Source of the DNA: a virus
Taxonomy: Duplodnaviria; Caudoviricetes
IMG/VR virus record: IMGVR_UViG_3300013426_000019
Location: 1-64,000 of that record
Length of the DNA stretch: 64,000 nucleotides
Reading direction: 5' to 3' (one strand)
Shown here: positions 1 through 10,503 of the stretch, piece after piece
Position numbering within the stretch: position 1 is the first letter of the stretch
Layout: each line of letters starts with the position of its first letter
Program-made: the position numbers and the translations under genes
The notes under the pieces: model-generated
What the model was told of the DNA's origin: nothing
Database searches by the model: none
The model's input: the letters and a program-made list of their open reading frames with translations, nothing else

Positions 1-676
1 ACTTCTTAGCCTTTTCTAACTTGTGCTCTCTTCTTCTTCGCAGAATATTATCATACTCTTCTTCAAAGTTAGTATCTACCCTCAATAGTTCTTTGAAGTC
101 ATCTTTGCTTAGTAGGGAGGGCATTATCTTATAACAGGATCTCTTTAAGTCTTCTCTTTGTCTTATCCTTCTACGACATAAGTCTTCATGAGTGTTCACA
201 AAGTCTAAGATCTCTTGTCCCTCATATACCCTTAAGATCTTCACATCTTCAGGATCGAAGAGTCCTATAGAGGCACCTTCCTTGTTATACTCATAATTGA
301 AGAACCCATCATACCCTAACAGCTGTATAGAGTCCACAATTCTCTCTCTATCCTTAATGCTGCCATATACTTCTAGCCAAGGCTCGTTTTTGAGGATCTC
401 AAACTCTTCATTAGTAGGATTATACCTCTTCCTGAACTTAAGTTCATCTGTAATACTTCTGGGATTGAAGATGTTTAGAGGTCTCTTAAGAGTGCAAGCA
501 TACATATACTTCAGTGCCACATTGACTCTATCTAAGGCATATCTCGCAGCATATTCAAAGTCCGGCGTAATGAAGTAGTATTTAAACTTAGCTAAGTCCT
601 TATTATACTTAGAGTACAAGGAGCCATGCCAGTATATCTTATTACTCTTGCAATAGACCTGTTCATCTAATATCAC
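1..676 (-). CDS. ADP-ribosyltransferase-like protein (partial, runs off the left edge; not in the ORF track)
   Basis: GTG start overlaps the topoisomerase stop (GTGA). Manual translation MILDEQVYCKSNKIYWHGS...YFITPDFEYAARYA...LNIFNP...LGYDGFFN matches the HGS / F-x-T / YA..YA / GYDG pattern of phage ART domains. Confidence 0.6.
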   Translation of the reverse strand, partial: MILDEQVYCKSNKIYWHGSLYSKYNKDLAKFKYYFITPDFEYAARYALDRVNVALKYMYACTLKRPLNIFNPRSITDELKFRKRYNPTNEEFEILKNEPWLEVYGSIKDRERIVDSIQLLGYDGFFNYEYNKEGASIGLFDPEDVKILRVYEGQEILDFVNTHEDLCRRRIRQREDLKRSCYKIMPSLLSKDDFKELLRVDTNFEEEYDNILRRRREHKLEKAKK

Positions 677-1995
677 AGCAACTTCTCCAACTCAGCCAGG
701 TCCTTCTCCCACAGCGTTTTAGGGGTCTCTTGCTTCATAATCTCTAACTCCTTAGCCTTCTGAGCCCATCTCTCCTTGGCCTCTTCAGCCTTCTCCTTAG
801 TTATAGATACTAGTGGCATGTTCAATAGCTTGTCTACTAGAGTATACCCTCTACTCCTTATCTGAGCCTCTACATCTACTCTCTTGAGTTTGAGGTTGAT
901 TGTACCCTCTATTACATCTACTATAAACTTGTAAACCTCTTCAAGTACTGCTAACTCTTTAGTTAGACGTTCAATCTCACTTGCTATTCTCTTATTTAAA
1001 TACTCTAACTTAACTTGATAGTAGTAGTTGAATAGTTCCTTAGGACTCCTAAACTCTGTAATTGCATTGTTGGCATCTAGACATATTAGAGACTCAGTGT
1101 AAGGTACAACTAGCTTGAAGTCGTTCATAATATCATCTATACCCTTCTTGGCTTCCTCAGGACTTAATGTCACTTTAAACTTGAATACATCCTCTTCAGA
1201 GAGATCGTCGTACTTGATAAGTAAGCCCCTATCCTTAAGTTTCTTCAATATTACTATATAGTCTGCTAGACTGTAGTTGACAGGAATCTCTGTAATCGTA
1301 AGCTTATCTTTATCTAATTCTACTGCACCCTTAATAAGCCACCTATTATCTCCCGCAGGTTCTATTGTACCTTTGAATCCTTTAAAGTATGGAGTGAAGG
1401 CATTCCGGGATAAGGCCTTATGATTGAGTGTATCCCTTATAGCTTTGATGAGGGCCTTAGGTGATCTGCTTAATATCTTAGCTGCGAAGCCTACTCCTAT
1501 ACCCGTACAGCCATTAACTAAGATAAGAGGGAGGGTAGGTACAAAGAATCTAGGTTCAATTATACCTCCTTCAAAGATCTGCGTTATTAAGTTAGCATCA
1601 TCTTCCTTCTTGAAGAGCTGGTTAAAGTAAGGTTCTGGGTACGTGTATATGTAACGAGGGGCTGATGGTTCGTGGCTGAAGCGTGTACCGAAGTTACCAT
1701 CTGCTACTAACAAAGGTAAATTATTGGCTCCTGCATAATCTTGTGCTAGAGTTGTTATGGCCCCTATAATACTCACATCACCATGTAGATAGTCCGTCTC
1801 AGCTGCTACTAATGGGCCAAGTTGTGATACCTTCTGACGAGCTGTTAGATTCTTCTTCTTGATTGTGTATACTGCCTTCCTATGAGATTGCTTCAAAGAG
1901 TCTATTGCACTCGGCAGTGACCTAAAGCTTAGGTATAGCGCTGAGGAACTGAAGTCCTCTTCTAGAAAGTCGGTTATGTTCTTGGGATCTTGCAT
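673..1995 (-). CDS. Type II DNA topoisomerase, GyrA/ParC-like subunit (T4 gp52-like)
   Basis: DSLKQSHRK, YLHGD, GNFG and catalytic APRY motifs; LILVNGCTGIGVGF. Confidence 0.95.
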   Translation of the reverse strand: MQDPKNITDFLEEDFSSSALYLSFRSLPSAIDSLKQSHRKAVYTIKKKNLTARQKVSQLGPLVAAETDYLHGDVSIIGAITTLAQDYAGANNLPLLVADGNFGTRFSHEPSAPRYIYTYPEPYFNQLFKKEDDANLITQIFEGGIIEPRFFVPTLPLILVNGCTGIGVGFAAKILSRSPKALIKAIRDTLNHKALSRNAFTPYFKGFKGTIEPAGDNRWLIKGAVELDKDKLTITEIPVNYSLADYIVILKKLKDRGLLIKYDDLSEEDVFKFKVTLSPEEAKKGIDDIMNDFKLVVPYTESLICLDANNAITEFRSPKELFNYYYQVKLEYLNKRIASEIERLTKELAVLEEVYKFIVDVIEGTINLKLKRVDVEAQIRSRGYTLVDKLLNMPLVSITKEKAEEAKERWAQKAKELEIMKQETPKTLWEKDLAELEKLL

Positions 1996-2023
1996 TGTAA
2001 GGCTCCTCCTCTCTCTATGTATA

Positions 2024-2052
2024 GTATAACTCCTAATGTCTCAATTAGTCAA
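2024..2052 (-). promoter_or_regulatory. Sigma70-like promoter for the topoisomerase operon
   Basis: TTGACT-N18-TATACT on the minus strand, upstream of a GGAGGAG RBS. Confidence 0.5.
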
Positions 2053-2069
2053 GCTCTCTATGAGACAAA

Positions 2070-2093
2070 GAGAGCTCCTGATAAGAGGAGCTC
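2070..2093. terminator. Hairpin terminator downstream of hsp20
   Basis: AGAGCTCCT-loop-AGGAGCTCT inverted repeat. Confidence 0.6.
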
Positions 2094-2118
2094 TGAATAA
2101 CTTAATTAGTCTACTGAC

Positions 2119-2640
2119 TTACTTAATCTCAAGTTGCTTGGCTGTGGACTTTACCTCCTTGACAGGGATGTAAATAGTAAGGAGGCCATCTCTGTAAGTT
2201 ACCTCGGTCTTTGAGGTATCATAAACCTCTGGGATCTTGTAGGTCTTCTTGAATGATGTGGCCTTAATCCTTCTCTTAAGATATTTACGTTCGTCAGTCT
2301 CAACCTTAGGATCAGCCTCAATAGTAAGTACTGTACCGTCTACAGATACATTGAGCCACTCCTTCTTATAGCCAGTCAATGCCATCTCGTAGTAGATGGA
2401 CTTATCATCCTGACTAATAGCAATGTTGATTGGGGGGAAGTTATCCTCAAAGCTAAACTTAGGACTCTTAAAGATCTGATCAAAATCTGAAAAAGCCATC
2501 TTGAAAAAGTCGTCATCCCAAATTGTGTTACAAAGGAGAGATCTACTTGGGGATGTCAAAGTAGTCATTGCCTTATTCTGAGTCATATCACGTCCTGTGA
2601 TCATATAATACTCCTTCGGAGCTTCATGCTCCTGTCTCAA
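2119..2640 (-). CDS. Small heat shock protein (Hsp20/alpha-crystallin); true start probably downstream
   Basis: FPPINI, EMALTGYKKEWLNVSVDGTVLTI, SFKKTYKIP, YRDGLLTIYIP. Confidence 0.93.
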   Translation of the reverse strand: MRQEHEAPKEYYMITGRDMTQNKAMTTLTSPSRSLLCNTIWDDDFFKMAFSDFDQIFKSPKFSFEDNFPPINIAISQDDKSIYYEMALTGYKKEWLNVSVDGTVLTIEADPKVETDERKYLKRRIKATSFKKTYKIPEVYDTSKTEVTYRDGLLTIYIPVKEVKSTAKQLEIK

Positions 2641-2810
2641 TTATAAGCCAACTGCCTGTTGGTTACTTCAATTCAAATTAGTGTAGGACTTGTAAGGTCT
2701 CACACCTTATGTATATAATATAACCCTTAAATCCCTGAATCTTCAATAATTAGAGGCTTGAATTTGCGGCGCAAACTAACTTATTATATAATCAAGAGGA
2801 ACGAACTTAA

Positions 2811-5576
2811 ATGCAAAGATTAGTTGAAGGCACTATTACAGGACAAATATTACAGCACATGAATCATACAGAGGACTTAATCTTAAATGGGTCCGAAGCT
2901 TGTGAATATGTATATGATACATTACAAAGTATGTATGATATGCTTAAAGGCAATACTACTCGGGTAAGAGTATCAGTTAAGCTTGATGGTGCTCCTGCAG
3001 TTATTGCGTGCAGTGATTATAAGGGCCAGATGTTTGTAGCTACTAAGTATGCCTTCAATGCGAGGACAGGAGAATTAAGGGCGGATAAGGTAGCTCATAA
3101 TGAAGAAGAGCTAAACAATGTGACCTCCAATCCTGAAGTTAAGCATAAGTTAAGTCTACTGCTCAAAGCTTTGCCCTTAATAAATATACCTAAAGATGAG
3201 ATATGGGGCGGTGATTACCTATTTGAGAATAGTGACTTAGAGAGAGATATTATAGACGATACTCCTTGTATATTGTTCCACCCTAATACTATTGTATATG
3301 CTGTACCTGAATCAGACCCCCTAGCTACCAGGATTAAGAGAAGTAAGTTTGGGGTTGCCTGGCATACTTGTTATAAAGGTGATGACTTGCAGCACCTTAA
3401 AGTAGGCTTCGATGTCAACATATCTAAGATTCAAGAAGTACCTACAATATTCCAGATAGATGCCACCATGCCATCTATAGCAGGAGTAGTAACACTCACA
3501 AGAGAGGAATCTATTGAAGCTGAGGAATTATTAGATAATATAAGGATTCACCTTGATACTCTTAAAAGTGAGGACTATTACAATAATATTGTAGAGGACT
3601 CTCAATATGTTACCTACTTAAACACTTATAGAAATGCTCTAATTAGACAAGATAAGCAGATGCCAACGGCTGTAGGGTTCTTTGAGTGGTTAAGTGATAA
3701 GTACGATACTATTATTGCTTCTAAGACAACCGCTAAATCTAAAGAGAGTTGGACAATTAAGAAGGACCTCGTCTTAAATAAGGTAGAAGAAGAGAACTTA
3801 AACTACTTATATAGCACACAGAATCTAATCAGAATCTTAAAAGAGATGTTCATAGATAAACTGAACAACCTCACTAACTTAAAAACCTACTTAAAATACA
3901 CAGATAATCACTACCAGAAGGCTAATGCTGAGGGTTATGCTATATCAGATATTAATGGTAATGTGCAGAAATTTGTGAGCAGACTAGAGTTCTCTAAGGC
4001 TAACTTCTCGAAGGATATAGCGAAGGGGTGGACATCTGAAAGAAGAGAATTGGAGTCTAAGATTGTAAAGTATAGTAAGTTAAGGGAGGCAGACGAGGCC
4101 GTGGTAAATAAGATTGATGATCTTGTACAGTCCCTTAATAATGTCATAGGCACAGATAATAAGAAGAGTAGGCAGCCTGCTACTATAACCCCTAGAACAA
4201 CTAAAGTAACATATACTCTACAGCCCAAACAAGGCGATAGTGAAATAAGAGATATTAAGCAAGATAAAGCCTCAGATTATCTAAATACAATTGGTAAAGA
4301 TAATCGTAGCTTCTACTTAGGCACTACCCCTATTATAGACTTTGTTGAGGATGACTTGGTCGTTAGATTACAGTTTAAGCCGAGAGGTGCTGGTGCTCAA
4401 GATACTGAAGGTGACGAAGTATACTGGGCTTATTGTATGGCAGCTATACAGAATAATAGAGAAGAACTCTTACCTCAAACACCTGAAGATGTAGAAGACT
4501 TTGACTTAACACAACTTGGCTTGGTGCCTACACGTAAGGCTAAGCCATCTAACTTCAAAGGTTATACTGAAGGATCCAGGATGTTATGTAATATGTACTT
4601 GAAACCGTCTACACCTTATATCTTCTTCAGGGAGAATACTGTTATAGACAATATAGGTGATGGTAATTACAGATCTCTACATACTCTTATAAATAAGGCA
4701 GCACGGATTGTTGCTGGTAGAGGATCTAAAGATACTTGGAACCCATCTGACATTATAGCTTGTGCAGTGCCAACTTATGACTTGTTTGTGAGGGAGTGGG
4801 AGGAAGAGATAGCTAATATTGAAGCTAAGCCTGCCTCTAATAGAAACTTCGATACACTTAACGATATACTCAAGAGATACTTAGCATCCAAAGAGGTAGT
4901 TGGGATATCCCTTAAAGATATAGGCGATGGCCCAATACGCGTAGAGGAAGTCAATGTTAACAATAATGATGCTCCTAAGTTAGATTATGATATCACCTTA
5001 GATAGTGTGGTATGCGCACCTCTAAATGTAAGAAGCGAAGCTAATAAATTCTATGGTAAAGTCATGTCAACGGGACTAGCTCTAAGATTAACTTGTGACG
5101 GTGTAGGCGTTGTGTTGCAATATAGACTCTTCGGAGGTCCAGGAATGCAGGCTGAGGCTTATGAAGTAGGAGGTGCTGCTAAACTTGGTAAATGCTCTAT
5201 AAATGTTATAAAAGACTTATATAGAAAGTTTGGGGTAAGAACAGAAGTACTAACTGCTAAGGACTCTGAGAGTATAATGGAAGCTCCTGAAACACTAAGC
5301 TCTAAAATACAGAGTATAGTAAACTCCGGACTCCCTATAACTATGCCTGGTGATCCCCTAAGTATTGAAACGTTTGAGAAGTTTGCTAAAACGACACAAC
5401 CTGAATCTGAAGAAGATTATCGAACCTACGTAATGTGGCCTAGAATTATAGACTTCCTGTATCTACTAAGTATAGTATATAATGATCCTGATAAGTTGAG
5501 TTATGTATTGCAGACTCTCTATAAAGGAGCTAAAAAAGAGTTTGAATATTGTGCACCATTCATTAAACTCTGGTAA
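2811..5576 (+). CDS. Large multidomain phage protein: N-terminal KxDG nucleotidyltransferase/ligase-like domain plus C-terminal PD-(D/E)xK-like domain
   Basis: VSVKLDGAPAV and EGYAI resemble ligase motifs I and IV; C-terminal DTWNPSDI...VGISLK. Confidence 0.5.
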   Translation: MQRLVEGTITGQILQHMNHTEDLILNGSEACEYVYDTLQSMYDMLKGNTTRVRVSVKLDGAPAVIACSDYKGQMFVATKYAFNARTGELRADKVAHNEEELNNVTSNPEVKHKLSLLLKALPLINIPKDEIWGGDYLFENSDLERDIIDDTPCILFHPNTIVYAVPESDPLATRIKRSKFGVAWHTCYKGDDLQHLKVGFDVNISKIQEVPTIFQIDATMPSIAGVVTLTREESIEAEELLDNIRIHLDTLKSEDYYNNIVEDSQYVTYLNTYRNALIRQDKQMPTAVGFFEWLSDKYDTIIASKTTAKSKESWTIKKDLVLNKVEEENLNYLYSTQNLIRILKEMFIDKLNNLTNLKTYLKYTDNHYQKANAEGYAISDINGNVQKFVSRLEFSKANFSKDIAKGWTSERRELESKIVKYSKLREADEAVVNKIDDLVQSLNNVIGTDNKKSRQPATITPRTTKVTYTLQPKQGDSEIRDIKQDKASDYLNTIGKDNRSFYLGTTPIIDFVEDDLVVRLQFKPRGAGAQDTEGDEVYWAYCMAAIQNNREELLPQTPEDVEDFDLTQLGLVPTRKAKPSNFKGYTEGSRMLCNMYLKPSTPYIFFRENTVIDNIGDGNYRSLHTLINKAARIVAGRGSKDTWNPSDIIACAVPTYDLFVREWEEEIANIEAKPASNRNFDTLNDILKRYLASKEVVGISLKDIGDGPIRVEEVNVNNNDAPKLDYDITLDSVVCAPLNVRSEANKFYGKVMSTGLALRLTCDGVGVVLQYRLFGGPGMQAEAYEVGGAAKLGKCSINVIKDLYRKFGVRTEVLTAKDSESIMEAPETLSSKIQSIVNSGLPITMPGDPLSIETFEKFAKTTQPESEEDYRTYVMWPRIIDFLYLLSIVYNDPDKLSYVLQTLYKGAKKEFEYCAPFIKLW

Positions 5577-5590
5577 AAAAAGGGAAATTT

Positions 5591-7741
5591 ATGAGAAAAG
5601 CTACCCAGAAAGAAATAGAAAGGTTTGTGACTTATAGAGCTAATCACGTAGCGCTTGTACAAAGAATAGGTAAACTTGTATTCGATATAGACTTATCAGA
5701 TCATGATCATGATAAGATTGAATGTAGTGGGGAAGACCTGAACTTATGGTCTCTTAGAAACCTTATGCAAGATGATGAATATCACCCTAACAAAGGCGAT
5801 AGAAGAATCTTAAATAGAATAAGCGCTATACATAAAAAGACGCAGCCACACCATCCAGAATATTGGGATGATAATGTAACAGTAGAAGATATTATAGAAG
5901 ATGATAAACAAATTGTAGCTACTAAGATGTCTAAGAAAGCCTTACTAGCTATGATATGTGATTGGGCTTCAGTAGCTATTAAACTTAATCAACCTCTGTT
6001 TAAGTTCTACAATAGTGTCGTAGAGTCTGAGAATCCTAAATATGTGTTCACTGATAATCAGAAGAAGTTTATAGTAGAAGGCATATTACAAATAGAGAAG
6101 AATATAGATAAGGATAAGTTATACTGGTTGGGTAAGAAGTATACTGCTAAGCAGGTAGATCCTCTAGGAGTTGTAAGTCTAACTGAAAGGGTATCTAAAA
6201 AACTAAAGGTTCTGGAAGAGTCAATCTTAGATGTACCACAAAAAGAATACTGTAAAGAGCTCTTAACGTCTGATGATAAGATGAAGCCTGAGGTTAGGGA
6301 TCAAATCTTAAATACTGTTAAAAACTGGCAAAGTCAAATCAACTTCGACTTCGAGGTGAAGAAGGTATACGCTAAGGGATCACTACTGAGTAAAAGATAT
6401 AATGATACTTCAGACTTAGATGTATCTATATATACAAATATGTCTAAAGAGCAACTAGATAGCGTGTATGATATTATACCTAAAGGTCAAAATATTGAAG
6501 GTACAGAACATTCACTTGACTTCTTTGTCTTAATAGAAGGAGAAGATACTCCGGAAAAGAACTTAGACAATATCTATGATGTCTTGAACGATAAGTGGGT
6601 TAAGAGAACCAGTGAATATGAGAATGAAATACCCCTTGACTATGTAGTACAAGTTAGTAACTTCTTCATAAATGGCGCCAGAATTGCATTAAGTAACTAT
6701 GAGAATGATAAAATCCTCTACGAATACTATAATGACCTAGACTCCCAGAACTATGAAATAAGTGAAGAAGAATTAAATAGTACAAGAGAACTTAAAAAGA
6801 AGGACCTTATGGCAGATCTAGATGCTCTTAAAATAGCTTTGCATATGATAAGCTCCTTCAGGCAGGAAGTATATGAAGAAGAGAATCCGCAAGCCTTCAA
6901 TATATCTATTGAAACTGCCTCAGATAATCCTCATGTATCTATAAACGAGCAGCTTGCTAAAACACTCGAGAAGTTCGGTATAAGACAGGCTCTTAGAGAT
7001 GCTGTAGATGCTTGTGAAGCTCTAATAAATGAAGGTGAAAATGCCCTCAAGGAAGAAGTAGCTAGCAGTGCGTTTGCTGGAATGGTACCGGAAAATAATC
7101 TTAGAATGATTAAGTTGAATATGACTGCTGTTAAGGATCTTGAAAAAGAAAAAGGTGAGAATCTTAAGGAATCTAAGAACTTAACAGCTGCTATGTGCTT
7201 CGGAAGATATAATCCCCCTACTATAGGTCACTTAAAACTATGGCAGGTACTTGGACATGTAGATGCAGATACAAGACTCTTATATACATCACATACTAGA
7301 GACAATAAGAAAAATCCTCTAGACTATAGTACTAAGGCAGCCTTAATTGAAGCTTGTATTGAAGAGCATAATATAAATGTGGCATTTGTTGATACGGAAG
7401 CTCGCACGTTTATAGACGTGGTCGTGGATGTATATAACAAAGGTTATAATAACTTAATTATTGTAGCGGGCAGTGATAGATTGGAAGAACTGGTTGACTT
7501 GGCTAAGAAATACAACGATGTACCCAATAGAGCTGGAGAAGCTTATCACTTCGATAATATTGAGGGTAGAAGTGCAGGTCAAAGAGATCCTAATTCTGAA
7601 AATGTTGAGGGTATCTCCGGTACTAAAATGAGACAGTTCGTTAAGGATAATGACTTTGAGGCCTTCTCTAAATATTGTCCTGTTACTGATAAAAATATTG
7701 TAGAAGATGTTTGGAAGGAATTAAGAGCAATCTTAGCTTAA
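5591..7741 (+). CDS. Three-domain fusion: HD-family hydrolase, Pol-beta-type nucleotidyltransferase, and cytidyltransferase/NMNAT-like domain
   Basis: HDHDK...HHPEYW...MICDW; KGS...SDLDV; FGRYNPPTIGH...GSDR...ISGTKMR. Confidence 0.75.
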   Translation: MRKATQKEIERFVTYRANHVALVQRIGKLVFDIDLSDHDHDKIECSGEDLNLWSLRNLMQDDEYHPNKGDRRILNRISAIHKKTQPHHPEYWDDNVTVEDIIEDDKQIVATKMSKKALLAMICDWASVAIKLNQPLFKFYNSVVESENPKYVFTDNQKKFIVEGILQIEKNIDKDKLYWLGKKYTAKQVDPLGVVSLTERVSKKLKVLEESILDVPQKEYCKELLTSDDKMKPEVRDQILNTVKNWQSQINFDFEVKKVYAKGSLLSKRYNDTSDLDVSIYTNMSKEQLDSVYDIIPKGQNIEGTEHSLDFFVLIEGEDTPEKNLDNIYDVLNDKWVKRTSEYENEIPLDYVVQVSNFFINGARIALSNYENDKILYEYYNDLDSQNYEISEEELNSTRELKKKDLMADLDALKIALHMISSFRQEVYEEENPQAFNISIETASDNPHVSINEQLAKTLEKFGIRQALRDAVDACEALINEGENALKEEVASSAFAGMVPENNLRMIKLNMTAVKDLEKEKGENLKESKNLTAAMCFGRYNPPTIGHLKLWQVLGHVDADTRLLYTSHTRDNKKNPLDYSTKAALIEACIEEHNINVAFVDTEARTFIDVVVDVYNKGYNNLIIVAGSDRLEELVDLAKKYNDVPNRAGEAYHFDNIEGRSAGQRDPNSENVEGISGTKMRQFVKDNDFEAFSKYCPVTDKNIVEDVWKELRAILA

Positions 7742-7749
7742 ATGTGAAA

Positions 7750-7772
7750 GAGGAGAGTCTGAACGCTCTCCT
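7750..7772. terminator. Bidirectional terminator between convergent genes
   Basis: AGGAGAG...CTCTCCT hairpin. Confidence 0.55.
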
Positions 7773-8498
7773 CTAGTCTTCAACTTGTTCAGCTATACGG
7801 TTCTTGAGTTCCAGGAAGAGTAAGTTGAATGCCTCCTCCTCCTTACTGTCTAAGTATAACTCTTTGAATGTCTTAAGTGTGTTGCGTGCCCTTGGTTTAC
7901 GAAGTTGTAATACCATCCAGGGTAAGAATCGTACAAAGGTCTTATAGGGTAACATATTATAAGCATCGTCTACAAGAGTACTTATCTCTGAATAGAATAT
8001 ACTGTAATCCTCTGTGACTTGATCCCAGGGATCGTCTCCCTCTAGCGTCTTACCAAATGCACTCTGCCAAGGTAAACAGGCATTAGAACTTACTAAGTCT
8101 AGAAACTCCTTACCATCGTTCTCCCCACTAAACGTTGTGTTGAGAGAGAATACCATGTCCTCAGATGCTTGCCCATACATAGCCTCTAATAATTTCCAGT
8201 ATAAAGCTCCTGCAAATGAAGTTAAGACCTTCCAGCCTGGCTTAGTGTATTGCTTCATCAGTAGTAAGGCTGCGTCTGTGCAAATCTCGTCAACGCGTTC
8301 AGGCTGTAAGAAGATACCCTTACGCTTAATCTCCTTAAGCGCCAAAGACCTTGCATATGTCCTTAGTAATAAGAAGTAATCATCTCTGACTTGTTTAGAG
8401 CAATCCTCTTTGAGATACTCCTCTTGTAGTCTCTTGCACTCTACCTCAGTCTTAGGAGGTAGAGTATTATACTTGGCTCGCTTGATCTTAGAAGGCAT
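7773..8498 (-). CDS. Hypothetical protein, possibly a divergent sigma-like (late) transcription factor
   Basis: Helical segment TYARSLA...DEICTDAALLL...SFAGALYWKL resembles sigma region 2; lies directly downstream of the clamp-like gene. Confidence 0.35.
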   Translation of the reverse strand: MPSKIKRAKYNTLPPKTEVECKRLQEEYLKEDCSKQVRDDYFLLLRTYARSLALKEIKRKGIFLQPERVDEICTDAALLLMKQYTKPGWKVLTSFAGALYWKLLEAMYGQASEDMVFSLNTTFSGENDGKEFLDLVSSNACLPWQSAFGKTLEGDDPWDQVTEDYSIFYSEISTLVDDAYNMLPYKTFVRFLPWMVLQLRKPRARNTLKTFKELYLDSKEEEAFNLLFLELKNRIAEQVED

Positions 8499-8501
8499 CT
8501 G

Positions 8502-9647
8502 CTAGTCCTCTAACTTAGATACTAATGCTAGACAAGACGGCGCTTCTAGTAATACACCTGGGCCATCCTCGTCATAAGATACCTTAAGAGTTGCTTCAGG
8601 GTCATTGAGTAAGAGCTTAGTTATGATCTTCCTAAGAGTCTCTGAATCAACTGTAAAGATGCCATCCTCTGTACCCTCAACACCATCTAACTCCTTGGTA
8701 ATCTCAGCTGTTGGATGATGATAATGTAACAAGACCTCCTTGCCCTTCTCGGCCTTAAAGGTAATTGGCTTCCACATACTACCCTCATAAAAGCCCGTAA
8801 AGAAGTCTAGGCCCAACTTAAGTGATGCTAACTTAGTGCTGAAGTAGCCATTGCCCTGAGGTAGAATTGCTTGAAACTCTTCATCAGAAGGTAATGCGAT
8901 CTTCCTGTCACTTGATACCATGTAGATTGCTGAGTTGAAATCTTCCCAATAGAAAGTACCAAAATCTGAGTTAAATAAGAACTCATTGGATGTTGGAGTT
9001 AAGTAGTTAAGAAGCTTGATTGTGGTGGAGTGAATATAAATGTAATCACTATCAGTAAATAACTCCGAAGGTAGAGAATCCTTAAGAGAGATTTTGAGTA
9101 CCGCTGATCTGTCTGAGTATATAACATCTTGTTGCCCTAAGCCTACGGAATTAGCTTGAGATGTTGAAGATGTAAATAAACTATCTGCAAAGTTCAGAGC
9201 ATCTACGACCTCTGGAGTAAATGTAAGTCTATGCTGATTAGAAATCTCCTCTCTCTTAGATGTTAAGAAGTTGTCTAATACAATAGCTTCTGAGCTGTCT
9301 TCTTTGAAGTATAGTACCCCTAAATTAATAACATCAGAAGAATCTGGTGAGGTAATCTTGAGAAGGTTAGGAGTGAACTCTAAGACAATAGAAGAGCTGC
9401 CTTCAAACTTCTGAAGAGCAATCTGCCACTTATTAAAATCTACTGAAAAGTAAATAGGCTTGTCTAAAGTTGTAGTGGCTGCAGGAATAGTTGTCTGAAA
9501 AACCCCATACTGACCTCTTAGCATAAGTCTGAAGAACTCAGGAGTAGCTTTGAAATACGCTCTGGTGAAGAAGGCACTTAAGAAGTTAAGTAGCTTAGTC
9601 TCTGTTTTGAAAATATTTAAATTATCTCTTGTTAATGTAATATTCAT
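8502..9647 (-). CDS. Putative sliding clamp (DNA Pol III beta-like)
   Basis: 381 aa with a repeating beta/alpha pattern, C-terminal VLLEAPSCLALV, and replication-gene context. Confidence 0.5.
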   Translation of the reverse strand: MNITLTRDNLNIFKTETKLLNFLSAFFTRAYFKATPEFFRLMLRGQYGVFQTTIPAATTTLDKPIYFSVDFNKWQIALQKFEGSSSIVLEFTPNLLKITSPDSSDVINLGVLYFKEDSSEAIVLDNFLTSKREEISNQHRLTFTPEVVDALNFADSLFTSSTSQANSVGLGQQDVIYSDRSAVLKISLKDSLPSELFTDSDYIYIHSTTIKLLNYLTPTSNEFLFNSDFGTFYWEDFNSAIYMVSSDRKIALPSDEEFQAILPQGNGYFSTKLASLKLGLDFFTGFYEGSMWKPITFKAEKGKEVLLHYHHPTAEITKELDGVEGTEDGIFTVDSETLRKIITKLLLNDPEATLKVSYDEDGPGVLLEAPSCLALVSKLED

Positions 9648-9732
9648 TGTTATTATGTTAATCCTTATGTATATAATATAAGATTATGTCCTGAAAAAAC
9701 CCTTACAAAATTAAAAAAAGTTGAAAAAATAC

Positions 9733-9762
9733 TTGACCAAATAGTGAGTCTTGTAATATAAT
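9733..9762 (+). promoter_or_regulatory. Sigma70-type promoter of the phage sigma gene
   Basis: TTGACC-N18-TATAAT, followed by an AGGAGG RBS. Confidence 0.65.
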
Positions 9763-9794
9763 TATTATGTTGATTAGGAGGATAGTAAAAAATT

Positions 9795-10499
9795 ATGAGA
9801 GTAACAACTGAAGATCTTAAAAAAATGAAGGAACTAGATATTATTAAGCTTATTAAAAATCCTAATACAGACTCAATGTCTTACAATAGAGCTTGTGAAT
9901 ACTTACTTAAAAAGTATGATAAGATGTTCCACAGACATTGGTGGACATTGCAAAGACAACTTGGTAACTCTTATATTGTTAATGATCTAAAAGATGAATA
10001 CTACTCTTGTGCTTATGAAGCATTCTTCCAGGTTATTAGAAAAGTGGATGCTGCTAGAATCTATGATGAAAACTTCAAGATTATGCAGCTCTTGTCTTGG
10101 TACTTAAGTAACGTTAGATCTAGACTCATTAAGGAGGCCCTTAAGAGATCTAAAACCAAACCTATTAACTATGTTAATAGCACAGAGGATCCTAATAATC
10201 AAACTATTGATTCAGACGTGGAATCTGCATATTGGAATTATGAAGGTGGTTATATGACAGAGCCCTCTTACCAGGCTGAGGTATCTGACAGAGAAGAAAC
10301 TTGTAACCAAATCCTAATGGAGTGCTTCGGTAGATGGAGTGATCTTGAAAAACATATCTTTGCATTATTAAGAGCAGGTAAAAATAAAACAGAAATAGCT
10401 GAGGCTCTCAATATTAAACCTTCAAGAGTATATGTTAAAATATGCAAAATGAAGAAGGAGTTAAAGGAAGCCTTAGGAGTAGAAGAGACCACTAATTAA
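9795..10499 (+). CDS. Phage RNA polymerase sigma-70 family factor
   Basis: Region 2-like helices and a C-terminal region-4 HTH (WSDLEKHIF...GKNKTEIAEALNI...V). Confidence 0.8.
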   Translation: MRVTTEDLKKMKELDIIKLIKNPNTDSMSYNRACEYLLKKYDKMFHRHWWTLQRQLGNSYIVNDLKDEYYSCAYEAFFQVIRKVDAARIYDENFKIMQLLSWYLSNVRSRLIKEALKRSKTKPINYVNSTEDPNNQTIDSDVESAYWNYEGGYMTEPSYQAEVSDREETCNQILMECFGRWSDLEKHIFALLRAGKNKTEIAEALNIKPSRVYVKICKMKKELKEALGVEETTN

Positions 10500-10503
10500 G
10501 CAT

